Assembly (NCBI GenBank): GCA_963779755.1
Contig: CAVZZO010000001.1
Location: 160,001 to 224,000, forward strand
Reading direction: 5' to 3'
DNA: 64,000 nt
From: an uncultured Gemmatimonadales bacterium
GTDB lineage: Bacteria; Gemmatimonadota; Gemmatimonadetes; Gemmatimonadales; GWC2-71-9
Shown: piece by piece, positions 37,975-46,119 of the stretch
Layout: each line of letters begins with the position of its first letter
How positions within the stretch are numbered: the first letter of the stretch is position 1
Notes under the pieces: generated by a model
Told to the model about the DNA's origin: nothing
The model's database searches: none
Seen by the model: only the letters and a program-made list of their open reading frames with translations
Translations under genes and position numbers: made by a program

Positions 37975-39240
37975 CTAGACGCCTACCTGGGCAAGTTCCC
38001 GGATCCCCTCGGAAATCTGCACGACGGCCGGAGCCTGGACCGCTTCGGCCGTCTCGTTTCTGGTATGCCAGCTGTCGGGGCAGGGTTCGAGCCCGCGCAG
38101 CACCCGGTCGATCCGGAAATACCACTCGTTGAGGCCGTGCGTCTCGGCCAGGGTCAGCGCCTCGCGCATGACGGAGCGGGCGCGCTGTTCGCGCCCGAAG
38201 CGGGCCAGGCCCACCCCCATCTTGTAACGGTAGTCGATGGCCATGCTGGGCGGCATGCGATTTTCCACCAGGCGCGCCTCCTGCCGGAACCGCTCGTACG
38301 CCACCCGGTTCCCCACCGCCGACTCCAGATCCATCAGCTCAAGATAGACGTTGGCCCGGATAAGGAAGCCGGCATCACCCCGCAGCACCATTTCGAAGCA
38401 GTGCCGCGCCGCATCATAGGCCCCGACGGCCCGCAACGCGATGCCCAGGTCGCCCAGGACACGGCTGCGCTGGATGGGATCGCGCAGGCGCTTGAGGGCT
38501 TCGTACTTGGCGACCAGATCGCCGAAGATATCCCCCTGCACCGCCAGCACCACCGAGAGGTCGAACCAGGCACGGCCCTGCACCTCGAGCAGCGGCTTGC
38601 TGTCGCAGTCCTGGATGATCCGCTTCAGCGCCGCCTGGGCCGACGACAGGTTCCCCCGGCCCCGGAGCACGTTGGCCTGGCCGATCCGGGCCAGCATCAC
38701 CTCGTTCAGTTCGCCGCAGCGCTGCCCGGCCTGCTCCGCCATCCCGTAGGCTCGTCCGGCGGCATCCCAATGGGCCAGCGCCCGATGTATCCGCCCGATG
38801 AACAGGGCCAGGGTGGGCAGCTCACCCACGGGAATCCCGGACCCATACGTATGCGCGGCCAGCCCCAGCATGTCCAGCGCCTCTTCCAGGCGGCCCTCAT
38901 GCTCGAGGTAGTAGGCGAAGGCCAGGGCCGCCATCCGCATGATGGTGGCGCGGTGCCGTTCTTCGATGCAGACCGATTCGACGATGCCGAGCAGGTGGGC
39001 CGCTTCCGGCTGATCGGAGGGAAGCTCGCGGAGAAAGCGCTGGGTGCTCTGCAGCTGCCAGTTGAAGCCTTCGACCTCATCCGGCTCGCTGCTCAGCCGC
39101 AGCCGGCGGTCGAACAGGCGGGCGACAAGATAGGCTCCCAGCGCGGTGCGGGACCCCAGCTCATTGCCCTGTTCGCGCTCGGCGCGGGCGCGATCCAGAA
39201 AAGAGGAGAAGCCGACAAGATCCGCCGAAGGCGGTCTCAC
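37975..39240 (-). CDS. Cytoplasmic TPR-repeat protein; start uncertain (frame open to 39408)
   Basis: Repeated helical motifs (G.L..A, RGRGNL..A, LGDLG.AL...G.Y.AA). No signal peptide seen. Confidence 0.85.
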   Translation of the reverse strand: MRPPSADLVGFSSFLDRARAEREQGNELGSRTALGAYLVARLFDRRLRLSSEPDEVEGFNWQLQSTQRFLRELPSDQPEAAHLLGIVESVCIEERHRATIMRMAALAFAYYLEHEGRLEEALDMLGLAAHTYGSGIPVGELPTLALFIGRIHRALAHWDAAGRAYGMAEQAGQRCGELNEVMLARIGQANVLRGRGNLSSAQAALKRIIQDCDSKPLLEVQGRAWFDLSVVLAVQGDIFGDLVAKYEALKRLRDPIQRSRVLGDLGIALRAVGAYDAARHCFEMVLRGDAGFLIRANVYLELMDLESAVGNRVAYERFRQEARLVENRMPPSMAIDYRYKMGVGLARFGREQRARSVMREALTLAETHGLNEWYFRIDRVLRGLEPCPDSWHTRNETAEAVQAPAVVQISEGIRELAQVGV

Positions 39241-39578
39241 CGCAAAGAGATCGTCGGGACAGAACACCCGGGCACTCCCGGAGTAGGCGTGGCTCAGCAC
39301 AGTCTGGCTAGTATGCCCTAACCCGCAGTGCGCGGCAAGCCCCGTTGGGGGAAGGGAGCCCGCCAGCCATCGCAACCGCTCTCTACGGTTGGCCCCTGCA
39401 AAACGCACGAAGTATGCCTCCTGCGACAGGGCTCCGCCATTAACAGCCAGCTGCTTGCCCCGGCGCGAGATAAGCCGGGAATCCCTGCGGCGGCACCCTG
39501 GCCCTGCTCGCGTTTCAGCGCCGCCTCCTGCAACAACCGGATGACGGACCGTCGCTCGCCGCCAGCGACATTGTCCCC

Positions 39579-40001
39579 ATGCGCCGTGGCACTACGCTGA
39601 CCGAGCTTCTGCTGGCCCTCGTCGTCCTGGCGGTTACGGCGGCCCTGGTCGTGCCGAAAGTTGCACCCTGGGTCGACCGTGCCGCGGTCGAACGCAGCGC
39701 CAGAGCCATCGCCAGCGCCCAGACCAGAGCTCGGCTGGAGGCCGCCGCGCGCGGAACCGTTCTCATCATGACGATCGGCACCGACAGTCTCCGACTCGAG
39801 GACCGGCTGGGCGCCAGGCTGTGGCAGGCGCCCGGTCCGGGGGCGGCGAACGTCGCGCTGGCACCGGCCGGTCACCAGGTCACCTACGCTCCCTCGGGAC
39901 TGGCCCTCGGTTTTTCGAATGTTACCCTGCGACTCTCCCGCGGATCGGCTCAGCGCCGGGTGGTCATCTCCCGGATGGGAAGAGTCCGGGTGCTGCCGTG
40001 A
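39579..40001 (+). CDS. Prepilin-type (GspH/FimT-like) pseudopilin
   Basis: MRRG|TTLTELLLALVVL type IV prepilin cleavage motif; C-terminal ISRMGRVR. Confidence 0.88.
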   Translation: MRRGTTLTELLLALVVLAVTAALVVPKVAPWVDRAAVERSARAIASAQTRARLEAAARGTVLIMTIGTDSLRLEDRLGARLWQAPGPGAANVALAPAGHQVTYAPSGLALGFSNVTLRLSRGSAQRRVVISRMGRVRVLP

Positions 40002-40021
40002 GCCGGCCGCCCTGTCCCCGG

Positions 40022-40402
40022 TTATCGCACCGATTCAAGCCCATAGCGGCGGATCTTCGCCAGCAGAGTAGAGCGGGCGACCCCCAGCTGGAGTGCCGCC
40101 TGCCGGCGATTGCCCCCCGTGTACCGCAGCATGTCAGCGATGTGCCGGCGTTCCGCCTCTTCCAGCGACAGAGGCGCGGCGGGAAGGCGCGGCGCGAGTG
40201 CGGCTCGCAGTGCGGCAAGATCGACGTCGGGCAGGCCCGGGTCCAGGAGCACGAGGCGGAATGCGCCGCCGGCCACCGCCTGAGCGGCTTCGGCGCCGTC
40301 GTGGACGAGCATCGTCCGGTATCCGGCAGCCTCGAACATGGCTCGCAGTTGTTCCTGCCGGAGGGGGTCGCGCTCCAGCACCAGCACGGTCGCCTCGCTC
40401 AT
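40022..40402 (-). CDS. Receiver-like domain fused directly to a Fis-type HTH
   Basis: LVLLD..LP followed by SLEEAERRHI...L..TGGNRRQAA..LG.ARSTL..K. Confidence 0.88.
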   Translation of the reverse strand: MSEATVLVLERDPLRQEQLRAMFEAAGYRTMLVHDGAEAAQAVAGGAFRLVLLDPGLPDVDLAALRAALAPRLPAAPLSLEEAERRHIADMLRYTGGNRRQAALQLGVARSTLLAKIRRYGLESVR

Positions 40403-40463
40403 GGCACTTAGTATATCTTTGGGCGGGAGTCCCGCAACGCCGCCTCAGCCCACCGACACCGTC

Positions 40464-41441
40464 ATGGATATCATCGACCTCACCCGCCTCGAAGTCGGGC
40501 ACCGGCTGCAGGATCCGCTGCTGGTCCTGGAGATCGACCAGCGCGGTAGCGGGGAGGGCTCCTTTACCGTGCTCACCTTCGGCAACAGCACGGGGCGAAT
40601 CGCCAGCGCGCCCTTCTGGTTTGAAGAACAGCCGCGGGTCGCGGGCGTCGGCCGGGGCGATGTGGTCCAGGTCATCGGCGAGGTAACCACCTACCGCGAC
40701 CGGCGCCAGCTGAAAGTCACCTCGCTCCGCGTATTGCCGCGGGGCAACGTGGATTGGCGGTCCCTGCTCCCCTCGGTGGGCGATACCACCCGCTACTGGG
40801 AGGTGCTCGATCAGTGGCGCCGGGATATCGCCGGCGGCCGCCTGCGGGATACGCTCGCTCTCTTCTACGAGGACGACGACTTCCGCCGCCGGTACGGCGA
40901 ATGCCCCGCCAGCCTGAGCGGGCATCACGCCATGCTGGGCGGTCTGCTCAAGCACACCGCCGAGGTCGCCACCATCGGGCGGGCCATCGCCCGCACCATC
41001 CCGCGCGCCGATCCCGACCTGGTACTGGCCGGCGTGCTGCTGCACGATATCGGCAAGCTGGAATCCTACCGCTGGGAAGGGGTCTTCGAGATGACCGACC
41101 GCGGCGCCCTCTATGGCCACGTCGTGCTGGGCACCCTGATGCTCGAGCGCCGCATCCGGGACTGTCCCGCTCCCCCCTGTGAGCCCGCCGAACTCGATCT
41201 GCTGCACCACCTCATCCTGAGCCACCATGGGAAGCTGGAATTCGGGGCGCCGGTCTCCCCCATGACGCTCGAGGCGGAGATCCTCCATTTTGCCGACAAC
41301 GCCAGCGCCAAGACCACCAGCATGGCCGACGCCCTGGCCGACGGCGAGAATTTCACCGGCGACGGCCTGGTCAGCGCCCGGACCATCTGGCAGCTGGACC
41401 GCCGGAGAGCCTATCGCGGGACGAGCGACTGGGGCCGGTAG
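40464..41441 (+). CDS. yhaM: OB-fold + HD-domain 3'-5' exoribonuclease, YhaM family
   Basis: PAS..HHA..GGLL.HT, LLHDIGK, GH, HLILSHHG..EFG.PV.P...EA.ILH.AD. Confidence 0.88.
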   Translation: MDIIDLTRLEVGHRLQDPLLVLEIDQRGSGEGSFTVLTFGNSTGRIASAPFWFEEQPRVAGVGRGDVVQVIGEVTTYRDRRQLKVTSLRVLPRGNVDWRSLLPSVGDTTRYWEVLDQWRRDIAGGRLRDTLALFYEDDDFRRRYGECPASLSGHHAMLGGLLKHTAEVATIGRAIARTIPRADPDLVLAGVLLHDIGKLESYRWEGVFEMTDRGALYGHVVLGTLMLERRIRDCPAPPCEPAELDLLHHLILSHHGKLEFGAPVSPMTLEAEILHFADNASAKTTSMADALADGENFTGDGLVSARTIWQLDRRRAYRGTSDWGR

Positions 41442-41450
41442 CGAATGCGC

Positions 41451-41531
41451 AAATGTGGATTCACATTCTCCACACGGGTGTGGACAGGGGGCCAAGCTGG
41501 CTTTCCGATCAGCACTTAGCGATCCACATTT
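41451..41531. promoter_or_regulatory. Cluster of four DnaA-box-like motifs
   Basis: TGTGGATTC(41454), TTCTCCACA(41466), TGTGGACAG(41479), CGATCCACA(41520). The outer pair forms a 10-bp inverted repeat. Confidence 0.5.
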
Positions 41532-41572
41532 CTTCCACTTCAAAGCAGCGTAACCCGAATAAATACAGGCAC

Positions 41573-41600
41573 TTGCGCGTTTCCAGCGAGGCCCTATCTT
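41573..41600 (+). promoter_or_regulatory. Sigma70-like promoter for the candidate ncRNA
   Basis: TTGCGC-16 bp-TATCTT with an AT-rich upstream tract. Confidence 0.55.
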
Positions 41601-41606
41601 AGGCTC

Positions 41607-42030
41607 ACGCCGGACGAGATCGCGAGAAATGCCTCCGCGCATGATCGAATGAGCTTCTGGCGGGTCTGGGCGGGATATCGGAGGAGATTGCCGACGCAAC
41701 CAAGGGCTCAGGCAATCGGTGATCCCGGTGGCCACTCCAGTCCAGACCGATAAGGCCAGTCGCGTGCCTTATCCACCCCGATTCAGCGCCTCGGGGTGCA
41801 GTGCGGAAAGTCGGTCCGCGACCCGATTGATCCGCAGCGCCCGCAGTGATGAACCAGGTGGGATGGCCATCCGGCCTGGGGATCGAAGCCGAGGCCTCTG
41901 CAGACCTTACCGCGAGCGTATCAGTTCACGGCGGCAGCAGAGAGAAGAACGGCAGCAAACGCTCCGACCTCGGGTAATCACTGTGCGGGACGGCCGCCTA
42001 GTCTGAGGGCTAGGCGGCCGTTCCATTTCC
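41607..42030 (+). ncRNA. Candidate large structured non-coding RNA of unknown class
   Basis: At least 10 nested or abutting helices, no credible ORF, bounded by a promoter and a terminator. Confidence 0.65.
41987..42030 (+). terminator. Strong hairpin terminator (probably bidirectional)
   Basis: GGGACGGCCGCCTAG-8 nt loop-CTAGGCGGCCGTTCC followed by ATTT. Confidence 0.75.
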
Positions 42031-42057
42031 CCCTCCCCAGGCCTCGCCGCCGCGAGG

Positions 42058-42669
42058 CTATGGCCTTCCGGAATCCTCGCGGGTGGACCTGCGCTTCGGA
42101 GAGTCGAGACCTCCCGCCAGCGGATTGGGCCCGGCGCCGAGCGGCCGCAGGCGGATGTTGATCGCCCGTAATACGTCGTTGGCCGAGGCATCGTACCGGT
42201 GAATCGCGTCCGCCGTCTTGAGCGCGGTGGACACTCCGTAGCCCCGAAGCTCCTCCGACTTGTCCCGATCGGTCCAGGCCGTAAACTTCTGCTGGCACGC
42301 CTTGAGGGAAGTTTCCAGCGCATCCATGTGCCGCCGCAGCATCAGGCGCTGCGGTTCCGGCACGCTGTCCATCAGCGGGGAGCGCAGGAACGATTCCCGC
42401 GTGGAGGGGAGCGTGCGGGAAGCGGCTCCGCACCGCTCCTGCAGTATCCGCGCGCGGGAGGACAGCACGTAGGATGAACTCTGGGAAAGATCGCGCTGCA
42501 GCCGGGCGATCGAGGCGGTGACACCGGCCAGGCTGTCGCGCAGGATCAGGTAGCCGTCCCGGACCGCCGCATGCGGCGGATCGAGCGGCTTCTCCGGCAG
42601 CGCAATGGCCTGGGCGGACAGTGGAACGGGAAGGGCCAGCAGACCCAGCAACAGCAGACGGCGGATCAC
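42058..42669 (-). CDS. Hypothetical secreted helical protein
   Basis: Signal peptide MIRRLLLLGLLALPVPLSA-Q; coupled to the upstream gene. Confidence 0.8.
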   Translation of the reverse strand: MIRRLLLLGLLALPVPLSAQAIALPEKPLDPPHAAVRDGYLILRDSLAGVTASIARLQRDLSQSSSYVLSSRARILQERCGAASRTLPSTRESFLRSPLMDSVPEPQRLMLRRHMDALETSLKACQQKFTAWTDRDKSEELRGYGVSTALKTADAIHRYDASANDVLRAINIRLRPLGAGPNPLAGGLDSPKRRSTREDSGRP

Positions 42670-43277
42670 GATTCCAGTCCCACCTCGATATAGCGGAACG
42701 AAGTCTCTTCACTGCTGGAGGAAAACAGGCACCCCGCCGCACTGGCGGCAAACCAGCCCGCCATCAGGGGGCGCGGACCGTCCAGTTCCTGAACCACCGG
42801 CCCCAGCCACCGCCGGATATGGCGGATCTCCGGAGCCCGCCGGCCCAGCAGCGAAATCAGCGCGCCCGTGCCCGAGGTGGCCCGGAGGAAATGCGCCAGG
42901 CTGTGCGCACGCTGGCTGAACTCCACGACCTTTACGCCCGGCTCGTCGAAGATCACCGCGCCGTCCATGGCATCCATGGGCGGCGCATCCAGCCGCGGCC
43001 CGAGATAGAGGAAGCGGCGGCCGTCTTCTCCTTTGCGCTCGATGACGGCGGCAGCGGTTTCGCTGGTCAGCCGCGCGGCATGCAGCAGGTCGTCATCGAA
43101 CAGGGCTCCGACCGCGTTGGTCCATTCGAGGGCCGCCAGCGCAGTTTCGACCGGGCAGCCCAGTGCCTCGTCGAACGCAAGCAGCCGGGGCGCTTCGCCG
43201 GCACGGAGCAGAAAATGGCTCAGGGCCTCCGCACGGTCGAGCAGCGTCCGGACCACCAGGCTGTTGGGCTGGGTCAT
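42666..43277 (-). CDS. Hypothetical protein with internal duplication (RAEALSHFL / RAHSLAHFL)
   Basis: ORF with typical codon usage; start placed at MTQPNS. Confidence 0.75.
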   Translation of the reverse strand: MTQPNSLVVRTLLDRAEALSHFLLRAGEAPRLLAFDEALGCPVETALAALEWTNAVGALFDDDLLHAARLTSETAAAVIERKGEDGRRFLYLGPRLDAPPMDAMDGAVIFDEPGVKVVEFSQRAHSLAHFLRATSGTGALISLLGRRAPEIRHIRRWLGPVVQELDGPRPLMAGWFAASAAGCLFSSSSEETSFRYIEVGLES

Positions 43278-43411
43278 AGGAAGGAACAATAAGGTCTCCG
43301 GTCCCCAGTCTCCAGTCTCCCCCTGCCCCCGTTCCATTCTGGAGCCCCACCCTCCCGCGTCCGGCGAGGGCGCTAACCTCTTAGATTCCACCAGGCTTCA
43401 CGAGGCTCGCC

Positions 43412-43933
43412 ATGAAGGTCGAATGGAACAGTTACCAGTCACCGCTGGGCCCGCTGGTGCTGGTGGAATCTCCCGCCGGACCGCTGGTGGTGGAGTATGC
43501 CCAGCGCGCCGCGCTGCCTGAAACGGATGACCTGTTACGGCGGCGCTTCCCCGGCCTGGAGCCGGCGCTGGGACCCTGCCGGGCCACCAGCGGCTGGCTC
43601 GATGCCTACTTCGGTGGTCAGCCGCTTGGCTTTCCCTACCCGGAATACCTGGAGCGCTATCTGCGGGTCACCCCCGCCGCCGCGGCGGTCTGGCGGGCCA
43701 TGTGCGATATCCCCTTCGGCGAAACCCGCACCTATCAGGCGTTGGGGCGCGCCACCGGACTGCATGCCCGCCTGGTGGGGAGGATGGCGGGGGCCAATCA
43801 CCTGGCCATCCTGATCCCCTGCCACCGGGTAGTCGGCAGCCGGGGCGATCTGGTGGGATATGGCGGTGGTATCGGTCGCAAGCGGCGGCTGCTGGCGCAT
43901 GAGCTTCGCAGCAGTGGCGTTCTGCTTCGCTGA
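43412..43933 (+). CDS. ogt: Methylated-DNA--protein-cysteine methyltransferase
   Basis: SPLG, IPFGETRTY, IPCHRV and GYGGG motifs. Confidence 0.93.
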   Translation: MKVEWNSYQSPLGPLVLVESPAGPLVVEYAQRAALPETDDLLRRRFPGLEPALGPCRATSGWLDAYFGGQPLGFPYPEYLERYLRVTPAAAAVWRAMCDIPFGETRTYQALGRATGLHARLVGRMAGANHLAILIPCHRVVGSRGDLVGYGGGIGRKRRLLAHELRSSGVLLR

Positions 43934-43950
43934 GATTTTCAACGACCATC

Positions 43951-44529
43951 ATGCTTCGATCACTCTGGGCGGCGCTCTCTCTCCGCCGGACGGCCCGGCT
44001 GCCCGGCCGCCGCTCGCTCCTGCCGACGGCGCTGGCCATACTCCTCGGTCCTCCCCTGCTGGCGGCGCAGGCCCCCGCCCGAGCGCCCCTCGGCATCTTT
44101 GGCTTTGCGCCGGGAGACAGCCTGCGGCAGATCCGGGCCGCCCTGTCGGCCCGCCACGGATCGGGCTGGGTCTGCCGCGGCTCGCGGGCAGACGCCTCCG
44201 TCGTCGAATGCCGGGGCAGCTTTCCCGATCCGCTGCATCGGAATCCGGTCACATTGTGGCTGTCGGCGATCGACGGGCGGGCGGGCATCCTGACGCTGCA
44301 GGCGATGCTGACGCCCGCGGGGCTGGCGGAGTGGCAGGACGGCTTGTCGGCCAGCTACGGCCCGGCCCCCGCCGAACGGCGGGGCCCGCTCCGTATGATG
44401 CAGTGGATCCGCAGCGGACGGATGCTGCGCCTCACCTGGCACGCCGGCGCCCGGGGGATCGAAGCGTCGATCAGCCTGGTTGACGGCGGCATCCTCGACC
44501 GATGGGGACGGCCGCGGAGCGGGGGCTAA
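43951..44529 (+). CDS. Hypothetical secreted protein
   Basis: Signal-like LAILLGPPLLAAQ; co-oriented with ogt. Confidence 0.65.
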   Translation: MLRSLWAALSLRRTARLPGRRSLLPTALAILLGPPLLAAQAPARAPLGIFGFAPGDSLRQIRAALSARHGSGWVCRGSRADASVVECRGSFPDPLHRNPVTLWLSAIDGRAGILTLQAMLTPAGLAEWQDGLSASYGPAPAERRGPLRMMQWIRSGRMLRLTWHAGARGIEASISLVDGGILDRWGRPRSGG

Positions 44530-44831
44530 CCCGCGAGCCGCACCAGAAAGCTTCCTTCGGTGTCTTCCAGCTGATAGTCCCGCACCACCTTCCCTTCCTC
44601 GGCCAGCCGGCGCAGCAGGGTCCGTACCCGGCTGCGGACCGGGGCCCGACCGCCCGAGCGCCCGCGGCCCGTAATGAGGCGCACGATGGCTCCCGGGCGC
44701 ACCCGGGCCTGGCTGCGGAGAAACTGCTCGGCGGAATGCGCGGCTTCGAGCACTCTCTGGCCGTGCAGATCGAATACCATGGCGGGCGGCCGGTCGGTCC
44801 AGTCGAGCATCGTGTCGCTCCGGGGATCCAT
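44526..44831 (-). CDS. Stand-alone Smr/MutS2-C domain protein
   Basis: FDLHG...LITGRG...GSFLV.L. Confidence 0.9.
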   Translation of the reverse strand: MDPRSDTMLDWTDRPPAMVFDLHGQRVLEAAHSAEQFLRSQARVRPGAIVRLITGRGRSGGRAPVRSRVRTLLRRLAEEGKVVRDYQLEDTEGSFLVRLAG

Positions 44832-45003
44832 GGGGCGTCAGTAGTCGCCCCGATTGCGCGTGTCAGGAGAAACTACTAACCTAGGGGGCCCTGGGTCAGT
44901 ATCGACAATCCGACACCGCGCTCGATACGCAAGCGGCTGCATGCGCCTGCGCGGCGAACACCGGATCTCGATTATTCTGCTTCCCGACCTCAATTCCGTT
45001 CCG

Positions 45004-46119
45004 ATGCCACGCCGTCTCTTTCCGCTGGCGGTCCTGCTGGCTCTTGCTGCCTGCGGTCGCAGCCACAGGCCGATACAAATCGGCATTGCGGGGACGTTCA
45101 GCGATTCGCTGACGGTCTCCATGCGGCATGCCGCGGAGCTCGCCGCCGAGGAGATCAACGCGACCGGCGGGATCGGCGGCCGCCGGCTCGAGCTGGTGCT
45201 GCGCGATGACTACGGCAGCGTGGACTCGGCGGTCCGGGTGGCAACCGAGTTGTACCGGAGCGACGTGGTCGCCGTCATCGGTCACAGCTTTTCCGCGCCG
45301 ACGCTGGCAGCCGCCCCGGTCTATAACGGCGGCGCGCATCCCCTGGTACAGATCTCTCCCTCCGCCTCCTCGCCCGACATCAGCAACGCCGGCCGGTATA
45401 CCTTCCGCGTCTGCCCCAGCGACCTGGCGCACGGCAGCGTCCTGGCGCGCTGGGCACGCCAGCACCTGGGCTACGAGCGCGGTGCCATTCTGTATCTGAA
45501 CAACGGCTACGGCCGCGGCATCCGGCAGACCTTCTCCGGCGAATTTACCCGGCTGGGCGGGCAGGTCCTCTCGATGGATCCGTATCTCGGCGATACGCCC
45601 GAAGTGGATCCCTATCTCGACCGTATCGCGGCCCGGCAGCAGGCCCAGTTCATCCTCCTCGCCGGCTACCAGCCGGACGCCACCGTGGCCATTCGCGATG
45701 CGCGGGCGCGGGGCATCACGGTTCCGTTCCTGGGCGGCGACGGGCTGGAACAGATCTATCAGCTGGGTCCGCTGGCCGAAGGCACTTACGTAACCAACGC
45801 CTACTTCGAGAGCATCGCCACACCCGGCAACCGACAGTTTCTCCAGCGATACCACCGGCGCTTCCCGCGGGGAGCGACGCCCAACCAGTCGGCCATCGGG
45901 ACCTGGGACGCATTAATGCTGCTGCGCGAGGTCATCGCCCGAACCGGTACCGACCGTGCCGCCATCCGCGCCGGGGTCGCGGCCGTCGGCTCCACCCAGC
46001 CGGCCTACCAGGGGCTGACCCGCCGGATTGCGTTCGACCAGCACGGCGATCTGGCCGATCAGAATGTGTTCATCGGGATGGTGCGCGGAGGTCGTGTCAT
46101 TCCGGTGAGCACGCAATGA
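45004..46119 (+). CDS. LivJ/LivK-type periplasmic binding lipoprotein
   Basis: Lipobox LAAC, EEINA.GGI.GR, VIGH..S and FRVCPSD motifs. Confidence 0.92.
   Translation: MPRRLFPLAVLLALAACGRSHRPIQIGIAGTFSDSLTVSMRHAAELAAEEINATGGIGGRRLELVLRDDYGSVDSAVRVATELYRSDVVAVIGHSFSAPTLAAAPVYNGGAHPLVQISPSASSPDISNAGRYTFRVCPSDLAHGSVLARWARQHLGYERGAILYLNNGYGRGIRQTFSGEFTRLGGQVLSMDPYLGDTPEVDPYLDRIAARQQAQFILLAGYQPDATVAIRDARARGITVPFLGGDGLEQIYQLGPLAEGTYVTNAYFESIATPGNRQFLQRYHRRFPRGATPNQSAIGTWDALMLLREVIARTGTDRAAIRAGVAAVGSTQPAYQGLTRRIAFDQHGDLADQNVFIGMVRGGRVIPVSTQ

Noticed and set aside
41719..42006. 95-aa ORF within the structured interval
   Set aside because: GTG start without a clear RBS, Arg/Ser-rich with no motif, and it ends inside the terminator loop.
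41607..42030. Identification as RNase P RNA, tmRNA, SRP RNA or a group II intron
   Set aside because: The hallmark sequences (GAGGAAAGTCC/AACAGAA, tRNA-like ends with CCA, SRP loop, domain V) were not found by eye on either strand. An Rfam search is still needed.
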